In this document: one piece after another, positions 41,201-53,200 of the stretch | Position numbering within the stretch: position 1 is the stretch's first letter | Layout of the letters: each line of letters opens with the position of its first letter | Assembly (NCBI GenBank): GCA_964187785.1 | Contig: OZ076409.1 | Span: 66,528,001 to 66,592,000, forward strand | Length of the DNA: 64,000 bases | Reading direction: 5' to 3' | Source of the DNA: Amphiscolops sp. MND2022 | Taxonomy: Eukaryota | Program-made: the position numbers and the translations under genes | The notes under the pieces: generated by a model | Databases searched by the model: none | What the model saw: only the letters and a program-made list of their open reading frames with translations | Told to the model about the DNA's origin: nothing

Positions 41201-44200
41201 GTTTGGAACAAGCTAAAATCGTATAAAAAAGGCCCCTCTTTCAGCGCAAATTTTGTCCGTGATTAAATCTAATGAGCAACTTTTTACTGACAATGTCAAT
41301 GTAATGGATAGGATTATCTCGACATCAATTATTTTATTGGACCAAAATTTCAACGCAAACGATGTCAACATAATGGTATTTGAACCTTGAACCTTGTCTT
41401 ATCCCCCCCTGTGGCCGCTTGGAGGGGAGGATTGAACATATGGTCCAATATATTGACTTTAAGAGACTCTATTGAAATCGTCATTTTATTTTTCACCATT
41501 TTGAATGAATAATTTTCATTCAAGATAAAGTGAAAGTAAATGAAAATGGGATCTTCTCTGTTAATTCCAAAAACTTATTTGAATGAATTTTTATACGCTT
41601 CTAAATATAGTAACTACAATCATACATTATTACTTGTCAACCTTAAATTGAATGTCAAAATATATTGGCCTGAAACACAAATACATTGGAACAAAATATA
41701 TACATGTAATTTAAGCTGAGAAAATATACTTTGCTTTTTTGAGAAAGTGTTTAAAGAAAGTGTACGATTGGGGCCTTTTCCGTTAATTTATTTAATTTTC
41801 ACCCTCTTGTAACACCATGTAAAATTGAATTTGTACAGAAAAGCGCCACCACGTCAGCAACAATTGCATTAGCGTGGCTTTCGCTCGCTCGCTTGCCTTG
41901 CATTTAAAATTGAATGCTAGCGCAGGCTTGCAAAATGACGATTACGTCACGCACTTTCTCACATTATTCCAAACACAGCTAGCTGCTGTTGAGCGAACGA
42001 TGTGTACTAGCTATTCAACTGTCTCTGTATAATTTATGCTTTTCGTTACAAACTGAATTTATCAAACTTGAAAATTAGGCGAAGTTATAAGTAAAGGTAC
42101 AAGTATATATTTCGAGTGATACCTAAAAATAATGGGCATTTTCACAAAATGGTGTGTTTGAAATTATATACATTGTAATGATTTGTCACCTCCGCCATGC
42201 AAGTAATAAAGAAAGACTTGATGTAATTAAGATCATACTTCTAGAGATCATTTCTAGAGTCTGCATCTTCGCCTCTTTTGGCAAAATTGATGACTTTCAT
42301 CAGCCCGATGATGACGGATGGATGTCTGGTCAGAGCATGAAGATGTCATGAGGGGAAACCTTCGATGACGTTGATGATTGCTTCGTGCTCCTTGGGGTAC
42401 AGAGACCAGGCAGCTATCTGAGGGCTATTTTAATTCCTTGAAAATATGTTCATACAAGTAAACAAATGAATTCTTTCACTCTGTTAATCAATTGATCTCT
42501 CCTATAAAAATCCCCAATCAAAAACGATGATATTTCATACATGTATTTAAAAGTGTTTCACTTTGTCTACCCCTTTTGTGCCGTATTTAAAGGATAACAC
42601 GGTCCCAAAATTGAATCACTATAGTAGTTATAACGATTAGATGTATGTAATTGCTTTCAGGAGTTATTCTTCGATTTCTTGTTCCCGGCCACCAAGGCGC
42701 TGCATCAGAACGAGAAAACCCTGTCTACATCAGCACAGTCTCAGCCTCTATTCGACAAGTGTAGAAATATCAAGCCGATATGCGACCAGTTGTTAACGCA
42801 AAACGCAGCGTTCCAGCTAATCATTGCCCTGTCAGAACGCAGTTTCGACAACTTCAGATTTCTCGTGCAGATTTTGATGGACTCCTTTTACAGCCGCAAT
42901 GTGACCACCATCACTGAATGGGAATTCCAGCCCCCGATCGGCTGCAAAGCCCCGGGTGGTTTCGTGGGTCTCAAAAATGCAGGTGCTACTTGTTACATGA
43001 ATTCAGTTATTCAACAGCTTTTCATGGTGCCCGAAATCCGGGAAGGCATTCTGTCAATTCCTGGAATCGCCGACGAGTACCGGGAAAATGACTCGGCCAT
43101 CGACTTCAGCTCCAGTTCAGTCGCGGGAAGCAGAGCAAATGACTCATCGAGCTCAGGATTCAGCTCAGCGGCGAGGTCTCTTGAACACGACGTGGAAAAC
43201 CTGTCCTTATCTGCAGTATCAATATCATCTCAGCTGGCTATATCCTCAAATTCTCAGGCAGGCATTAGGAAATATTGAACGAAAATCTAAATATTGAACG
43301 CCTAAATTTAGCGGTAGCAAATAAGGGACACGCAAATCAAATTTAGCGGCCCAAACTTAGCTTAGCACCATTCGTTTTTAAGATGGCTTTTCTCGACAAT
43401 TACAATAACAGTTGAACACTCAGCGATATATTAACAATCAGCATTTGATTCAATAGAGTTTTAATATTGGCTGTATGGCTGACCTTCCGTGGCGCTGTGC
43501 GCCCCCTTGTTCGGGCTTCATCAAAACCAGTCGCTTCGCTCCTGCATTTATGGCACCATAGCAAGTTCATTATACTGGTCTATTATCTCTGTGGTATTTT
43601 GTCCTTTGGTTTGGTATTTGTCCCCTGGTATTTTCTGGCATTCTGGCGTAAAAATGTGAAGTCAATATATAATGCCAAAACTAATGCCTGGCTGAGGTTA
43701 GGACGCGCGGGTCCAATATCACATAGAGGTGCTCAAGTATTTGCAAGTAATTTTCGGCTACCTGACTGCCAGCCAGCTGCAGTACTACTCGCCGGAGGGT
43801 TTCTGGAAGCACTTCCGGTTCGCAGGAGAACCTGTCAACCTCAGAGAACAACAGGACGCCCTCGAGTTCCTCAACAGCATCGTGGACAGGGATGTTAAAA
43901 TTGCCATGAATATGTATTATAGATTTACTATAGGACACATATACTTTTCTTGTATAAATCGTATGCTCACAGGAGGAAAACATTTTCCGAATTTTGTAGA
44001 TTTTTCACAGGGTTGGCTGATTATAATCATTTCAATCCACTATTTCAATCGTGATTCATTCAATTTGGAGGTGGATAAGTTATTTGATCATTTTCTTAAA
44101 TCAACATTTTCTTACTTCCGTTCCGAGCACTGGGCAATTGAAATGCGTATTCATCACTTGGTTCATTTGGAAAATTAATACCAATTGCTAGTTGAAAAAC

Positions 44201-47200
44201 TAAAACTTGTTTTTTGATCCAATTTTTGAAATAAATTTACTTTTCAGCGTTCCGATTTTTGGTGTCAGAACATTTCGACCTATGCAATTTCGACCTATGC
44301 AATTTCAGTTGCTGACAATTTTAACCTATTGCTTTTTCAACCTTCAACGAATCTTGACTCATTGATCCTAATTCGCCTGAATTATTTCACGACGACAATA
44401 GTTATAAATGAACCAAACTGGTCACATCATTTGTATTTATTCATGAAGAATCATTTCATGAAGAATCATATTCATGAAGAATCATTTGTATTTATTCATT
44501 GTATTTATTCATTTGTATTATTCACGACATCTCCTGTAATACTGTTTTTCGTCGGCGCCTTTTCCCTTAAGGAAAAAAGCCCGACTCTTACAGTGAGTAG
44601 TTTTTTTTCAGTTGACAATCTCACTCTTTTACAATCTTTTGTTCCTTTGTTTTCTGAGAAACTTAGTTTTTCACAACTAATTTTCTGAGAAGCAGGAGGT
44701 CGTGGGTTCGATTCTCTCACTAAACCACAAGTTTTTTAGGCTCTTTTCTGTTTTCCCCCCCACCACCAATTTTTTTTTTGGAAAATTAGTGAAAATCGTA
44801 TAACAAAAAGACTTGAATACAAACCAGAGAGCTTCAAATTTACATTCATTCTTAATGTGACAGTTTAGGATTCAGATACAAATTTTGTTCACACTTTTTC
44901 AATATGTAGTCACGCATTTTTGATGAAGAAGTCATCAGCTTCCTGTTTTGAGTCATCAATAAACGTTTAATACGAACACAATTATAGTCAAAAAGCGTGA
45001 ACAATGTTTTGTTAAAGCAAAACACTATTCCAATAGACGTTAACTTCCCATTATGAAAGAAGAATTTACTTTTAATTAGGCTAGTCTAAAGTTTTTAAGG
45101 AAATTTACTTCCAAAAATTTTGGTGGTGGGGGGGAAAACAGAAAAGAGCCGTTTTTTATGCTTCCAAAAGTAGAGGCGAGACCAAAAGGTCCCCCCTTTG
45201 GGTTTTTTTCGGCACTATGCGACTTTTTTCGAAAATTATCGAATTCTATCAAAGGGTACCCCCTTGCATTTTTTTGAAGTTTTCGGTTTCTAAAAACGTT
45301 TCATGAGCCTAAATGGCCTCTTTTCTAAGTTTTTCGGCATTGTGCGACTTTTTTTAAAAAAAATACTTTTTGAAAAAAAATTTTCCAAATATTTCCAATA
45401 GTTGTTCCTTGAATATTTTTGTGCCTTAGATATGGCGCCGACTTGGGACGTTCCCGTCTTGTTGATCGTTTGAATGATGATTTAATCACTTCTAAAGCGT
45501 GTGCAATTTTTTGCTGAAGCTTATCCCAACAATTTTTACCGGCCTATATTCATTATTCCGAAAATGGTTTTTTTTGCTTTTGTCGATAACATGCAATGAT
45601 TTTTTGAATATAACATCTCTGGACGTTGATAGTGTGGACGAGGCGACGAAACATCTGGGAATCTCACCCTCAGTGTTTTCTGCTATGATCGGGGGGTCCT
45701 TCGCAGATCAGAAGATATGCAAGGATTGCCCGCACAGGTACTCTAGGGAGGAGCCGTTCACGACTGTGAGTGTGGACATAAGGAACAACCAGACTCTGAA
45801 GGACTCGTTCGAGCAGTATGTGAAGGGCGACTTGTTGGAAGGAGACAACGCCTATTTGTGTGAAAAGTGTGGCAAGAAGGTACGTATCACATCTGTTGCA
45901 TAGTCTGAGTCAAAAGATCAGATGATTCAAAAAAGTCGGTTTAGGGATAGTCAAGTGACCTGCAATCAGTGAATTGTACACGATACACGACAGGATACAC
46001 CATTTTTTGCTTTGTGATACACGAACCTATACGATACACGATTTTTTGAAATATACACGAAAAATACACGATAATTAAATTGAGCGCGTGAATCTGGCAA
46101 TTGAACGTAGGAATTAGCCATTCCAGCAAGCTCAGGAGCAGCCAAAAGGCTATTTTCTCAATGTAACATACGATGCGCAAATAGAAGAAACCGTATGTTA
46201 CAAAAAACTTGGAAATTTTGGTTCAAATTGCTGTTTATAATGAGCAAATTGAAATTCAAACTTCAAAGTTTTTTTTTATTTTTCAGTAAAAAATACACGA
46301 ATATACACGATTATACACGAAAATACGCGATTTTTTAAAATACACGAATACACGTAACGGTTTTTGCAAATACACGATACACGAAAAACTTGATACACGA
46401 CAATTCACTGCCTGCAATGCTCCCCATTGTGCACTTTTACATATATTCTTCCGAATTTACTATCGTTTACTATGAAATATGTTTATTTGCTCTCGCTTTC
46501 AATTTTGATTGTCACATCAAGTGAAATTCATGTAAATTGAGGAAATTTTATCTTTTGACCCTGATATTTCGGAAACGGTTGATCATTTTCGAAATCAAAA
46601 TACATCCATGGCTTCAGTAGATTTGTGGGCGGTAATCGAAAATAAAACTTGCCAAAACGTCTGTGGACGGTCAAAAATTATAAAAACGATAAAAATCCCA
46701 ATTTTGCTAAAAATCAGCTTTTTGTAACTTTTCCAATTTTTGTCTCAGAAATTTTTCTTTAAAAAATACTAATATAAACTAGATGAAATTCTAAGAAATT
46801 TTTACTTTTGATGTTTTTCAAAAATTTTAATCAATTTCTGGAAAATCAAGCCTAAAATCGCCTAGGGGATGATTTCTTAATCACAGTACTGTATAACTTG
46901 CTTCAATGTTTTCGAGTTGTTGGAAAAATTAATAACTGTGTACATATACATGTATACTGTGCGTAGGGAGCGGCTCACTATGCAGACGGTTCACTAAGCC
47001 GACCAAATAAATTCATTCTCAGCGCGTGATTAAATTCAATCTGAACGCGCGATTAAATTCATTCCCAAATTTCATTGGACAAATACATATTCCAAATAAC
47101 AGTACATGTAAACAAGATTGCGTCAATCAACAACGTAGTCAGCTATGGTCACATACCTCTAGTGCCCTAAATGCAGGAGCGAAGCGAAGCGAAGCGGAGC

Positions 47201-50200
47201 GACGTGCCATATGGCCATGCCTCAATTTTGCTACTTGGCGAAGGGAGCGAAGCGACCGAGCCATACAACAGATATGCTAAACTCTTTAAGGAAATAAATT
47301 TATTTAATGACCTTTTTTGGTCGGCTTAGTGAACCGTCGACTTAGTGGAACCCCCCCCCCCCTGTGCGTAGAGCGCCAAGAAACGCAAATGTGACTTCTG
47401 TGTCGGTTTTGAATAGAATTTTATTAGAGCACTTAACGGAGTTATTAGTTACAGTTATTACGAAGTGAACATCGGGTGAAATGAAGTCGGTTGACATGAT
47501 AGGCTAGAATGATTCTGACTCCATTTTCGCACCCGAACTCCGATCTCTTTTTTGAAGATGGAAAATGTAATTTTTTTGAAGGTGGACACAGTGAAGAGAA
47601 TGTGTATCAAGAAGCTGCCGCCAGTGCTCATTATCCAACTAAAGAGGTTCGACTATGATTGGGAGAGAGATTGCGCCATCAAGTTCAACGACTACTTCGA
47701 GTTTCCCTTCCATTTCGACATCGAGCCGTACACTGTCGACGGACTGGCCAAAATTGAAGGTTTTATACGCATATTTGATAACCTGCTGAAAACTCTTAAG
47801 ACGATGGAATAAGTGCTTGATTTTTGTGCGCTGGAGTGAATGGATGCGTTTGTGGTATGTGTAGGCGACAACTTCAATGAATTTCAGAGACACATGTTAA
47901 GCTTGACTATTTTGCAACTAGTTATATTGCCTATTTAGAGTTTTGATTTTCCAATGTGGTTCAGCTGGTTAACAGTTCGCGAGTTATTCAATTCCTTGGG
48001 TGTTTTTTATTTGGAATGCGGTTTCGCGGTCTCTTTTATAGTTTGAAAGTTTCAGGGCAATATTAATGTGGTGTTTAGTCATCAATTCAATTAGTCGCTG
48101 CCCTTAAAAGAATGGATTCCATCAAATGTGCGTATCCAACTTACAGGACCTTCGTAGAAATCTATTACATCCAAGGACCTTCAAAGCTTCTTTGAAGGAA
48201 TCCACTCCCCGTTCCCGAAAACCTGAGGAGAAGAAATATTGAATTCATTGTCCATCTTACTCGCGGTTTCGTATTTTCTGACAATATGTTCATGCCTCAA
48301 ACTTGTTTCAGTGTTACTAGTAAGAGCAACATTCACCGTAATTCGTTCTTAGGTGAAATAATCAGAGACGACTCTTTCGAGACACCACCACAACTGTCCC
48401 CTACATGTTCGGGTCTGGCTGTGAGTGAAGAGATGTCTTCTGGTCTGGGCAGTAAGGAGTCTCTTAGTATCCCCACGGCTACTACACCCGACTCAGAGTT
48501 CCCCCCTGACGTGTCTTCTGCCCCCCAATTGGGGTCAACTTACAAGCTTATGGGGGTAGTCGTTCATAGTGGACAGGTAGAAACCACTTTTTGTTGCAGC
48601 TAAATAATCCGTTCTTTGATTCACCAAATTATTACTTTCTCGTTTCAGTTCACTGTTCAACTACCCGGGTTGAAACTCCGTGCAAGTCGTAGTACGATCT
48701 CGCTAAAATTTTAGCCGTTATCGTGCGACGATTCGTATTATTATGATTGGCGTATTAAGATTAATACGAGATTATTAAGATCGTAATAAGAAATCTATGA
48801 TTGAGTTCATCTACATGTCCGCAACACACCCCAGTAAAAGATCGCTTTCAACAGTTTTCTCAAGCTCCAAATTTTGAATGAAGAAATCAGATGAATACTC
48901 CATTTTTGGCAATTTACAAGTTACTAGGCTATGATCATTTGTTATACCCCAAGTTGATAAAAACGCTATTGCAAAAGCAGAGGGTGCCTTGAAAAATTTA
49001 GTGAAATGAATGAATTAATTTATTCATTTCACTAATTTTTCAGGCGCTCTCTACTTTTACAATAGTTTTTAGTTACATAAATATGCTGCATAATTGCCAT
49101 GCTTTATCATTTACTGTAAGAAGACTTAACAAGCAGGGAACGGCCAAAATCGGCGCTATATCTAAGGCTCAAAAAGCGCAAAGTTTTTAAAATTGTAAAA
49201 GAGGGAACCCTTTGGGCTTTTTGAAACTCCAATTTGTTGCAAAATATGAAAAAAAATGAAGGGGACCCTTTGAAGACAAGAAATTTTCGACAAAGTTTTA
49301 CCATGAGATTTTTGAACAGTGTCACAGTGCCGAAAAATGTAAAAGGGGGGCTCTTTGGGATTTTTTAACATCCATTCTGTTGCAAACTATCGAAACAATT
49401 GAAAGGGGACCCCTTGGTGCAATGCAAAAATTTTCGATAAAAGTCTCATAGTGCCGAAAAAACTAAGTGAAAAACACCAAGATAGCCAAAGGGGATCCTT
49501 AGTATGTTTTCGAGGTTCTGGACGTCGGTTTTTCTGTTTTGGTTCTGAGGTTTCTAGTGTTTTGAACCTGTGTAGTTCAAGTTGTTGAACAAATGAACAA
49601 AAAGTGAACATTACGAGTATAAAACTACCCACTGTAAGAGTTGGGCACTTTTCTTCAAAAGCGCCGACTAAAAAATGCTTTTCGTGGTATGAACTGCATG
49701 ATTGATACGATCTTGCTACGACCTTACTACGAGAGGCGCGATAGGGTTGTGAGGCAGTGATTTATTTGTCATTGAGCATTTCGATTTTGTGGAAAAGCTC
49801 AATTTGGTAAAGCCGATTCGACAAAAATTTAACAGGAAAAATGTTGCTGTGAAAAACGACTAGGGCCTGAGAAGTTGTATGCATTGTCATTCCAGAGAAC
49901 TCAGCGGATGCATTTTACAAATAGACTAAGAAAAATCTCGACCCGACTTTTTCAAACTTTTCAACTTTCGAGGATTCATAATAGAACGAAGGCTGTATTG
50001 TACTATTTTTCTAGGCATCGGGTGGTCACTACAACAGCTACATCCAATGCAGAGAAAGAGACCCACTAGCCAACAAAGGTCAATCTGGCAAATGGTTCAA
50101 GTTTGACGATGGAGATGTGTCCGAGCTACACATTGATGACGAGGCCGCCGAATTACGTAATCAGTGGTTCGGAGGAGATAATGTCGCAGAACAACTTAAT

Positions 50201-53200
50201 TCTTCGTTCACGTCCTTTGACCAGAAGAGGAATTCAAGTTAGTCAGAAGCGCTTTTCAGTCGGCGACTTTTTGCGACTCTTAGTGGCAATTTTTAAAGTA
50301 GAATGAAAATTTCCTCTCTGAAAAGTCCACTTTTTTACAATCTTTTAGACTGAGATCTAAGGAGGAGTATTAACAGACGCCAAAGGGATCTTTGTTCATT
50401 GAAGCCACCAGATGTGATTTTATGACCTTTTTTTGACAGCATAAATGTAATAATTTCGATGTGCAGCTCAATTTTTGGATTGCGAAAACGTTATTTTCCA
50501 GGAGTTGGAATCTCGGTCTCCTGTCAGTTTCAGTTTCTATGTAGAAATGTGCTTCTTGAAGGTTTTCTCGGAATACAATGTAAACACAGTAAAATCCGTT
50601 GAATTCGTATCTAGGGAAATTTATGGCTATCCTACCCAATACTGAGTTCTGGTTATTGATATTGATTTATTCAATCTGTGAAACTACGAATTACCTGGAT
50701 TCCTTCCATTGAATCTCTCTGGTTGTCCTTGGCCCATTGTTTCATTTTTGTTTTAATTTAGGTCGACGACAGAAGCGTTGGTGGAACGCGTACTTGCTTG
50801 TCTACGAGCGGCGGCAAGAGCTCAGTGACCAGACTAGTCCTGTGCAGCTGTGCAATATGCAAGCATCCGCTTTGGCCACTGCTCACAGGCCACACTCACA
50901 GGATCACCACCTGAAGCTGGTCGATGTCACCTCGGATGAGTCATCGTTGACCTCTTTCGACAGCGAAGAAACCACTTCAGCAAAAGGCTGCTCAGACAAT
51001 AATAAAACCTGTGTCCCCAATAGTTCAACTTCGTCCAAGTCTTCTCTTCATCTTTCTATAACCAGCTCTTCTCAGAATAACAACAACAACAGTAGTAATA
51101 ATTGCCTCTTGAAGATGCCACCGTCCATTTCGAAAGCTGTGGAACAGCAGACTGTCAATTTTGCCCACAATAAAGTTCAGTTCATGCCAGAGTATCTGAA
51201 CTTTGTTAAAAATCTGGTCTCAAGTTGCCAAGGTACGGGTGTGCGTGCGATAGTTTTCTGTATCAGTTGATTTTTTATATCACTGATGTCGAAATTTTGT
51301 TTTTGAAGTGTTTTGCTGTTGCTGAAGTGTATCCATGTTTCTTCTACATGATAATGAACATAATCAAGTTTGTCGTATAAGCTCAGATAGTTCTAACCGA
51401 ACTTGTTCAAAATTCAAAGCTGAAAATAAATTCAATTAATCAGGCGACAGATGTGCAGAAAAACTCATGTTCTAGAATCAGGCCGGTTTTTTGTGTTTTG
51501 TCTAAAAAACACCATTAAAAAATCCAGCGCACAGAAATGAATTTGTTTTTAGAAATGTAGAAATTCAATTTGGAGTATAGTATATTTATCATAATCAGCG
51601 ACACCGCACGCCCGTATGCGAATAAATCAAGGCTTCATGATGGACATTCGAGAGGTCAACAATCAAGGTCAAACGGTGGCCGACCAGTTTGGGATGCTGT
51701 CAATGCAACTTCTGTGCAATGTCGTCTTCAACACTGTGCTGCACACGAAGAAGGTTCTCCGCGGGCCGGCCCATGATTGGACAGATTTGATGATCACGCT
51801 ACTGAAGCATGTGGCATGCACAAGAACGTGGCTGGCGGAGAACTGGATTTTTAAGTACAAGAAATTAATATCCGAGTACATTTTGGACTGTCCATCTGCC
51901 GAAGTTCGTCAAGCTATTGTCAAGTTACTTGTGTTTCTCTGCCACTTTTCCAACTTTGATGGGCCCTATCTTACAATACAGCAACGTTAGTGTTTAAAAA
52001 CCCTAACTTTTCTTGCAAGGTTCAGAAAGTGCAAGATCTTAAAAATATGATTTGGGCAGATTTAAGAAAATTGTGAAAATTTGTGCCGAAAAGAGGGGAC
52101 TCTTCTATAATTAACGCATTAAAAAATTTTTTTTTTTAAATTTTTTTTAGCTGAATCTTTGAATTCCTCCCACATATTCAGCCGAAGTAAGTCTCTTAAA
52201 GTCTGTGAAAATTGGACTGTAATGTAATTCTGTGGTGCGGAGAAAAAACTATTGACTGTAGCAGTCGGACGCTTTTTCTTAAGAAAACACTGACTAAAAT
52301 TTTAACTGAAACTTTTAAATATCTTTGATGCATTAGAGTTCTTGCGACTCTGCAAAGTGTCGCAACGCTGCCAAAAAGACTGCATTTTATTGAAGTGCCC
52401 ATTCTTCTGCCCATTTAACTGGTTTTCCTCTTGGTTCTTGTTGGTAATCTCCGATTTGAATGGCCATATTAGAGCAGTAGAATTTTAAAAAGTCCAAAAA
52501 AACTCATTTAAAATGATCGCTCAATTATAGAAAGGAAATTGGCTCGCAAAAGAAAACAGCATGAAGTGTTTTAATTTAGCCATGTAAATCTAATCATGCT
52601 GTTATCACTTCTTTAAGTTCAACTATAGTAAGAAATGACCCAGAGCCAAGTTTCTGACTTCGATATCTCGGAATATCTAAGTTGTCAATTTCTGTAAAAA
52701 TCAGAGGAAACTTTTTTGACCTTGTACCGGAAGTTAATTCGCTGAAAAATTTGAACACTCAGTGGGAGACAGAAATGTTTTCTTTGTGTGCAGGTGAGAG
52801 TGGCAAGATTTTGGCGACACATGCGAGTCTGAAGCTGAGTGACTACATAGTGAGTGAGATGGCGTCTCTGATGCGCAAAGACGTGAAGGAGTCCTCGAAG
52901 CACCTCAACCAGTACTTCCACTTCTTCCTCCACTACTGCTCTTTTGGGCCCGACCAAAGGTGCTACCTTACTCTGTCGTTATCACTGAACTGCTGGTTTT
53001 TACACACAAAAATCACATATTGCTATTCATTAAGTTGAAAAATTCTCAGCATTAGATAGGTTTTCCCTGTCTCGCAAGACGTGGATATGACGAGAAAATA
53101 TGCTATATCCGAAATTTATTTATATCGTATATCTGAAAATCTTATTATTATGAGTTTATTCGTAAAATACAAAACTCCGATGGCGGTTCAATTGAAACTC

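Noticed and set aside
47760..48352. End-pairing in intron 17
   Set aside because: Only about 4 bp of complementarity found; a counter-example showing the rule is not universal.
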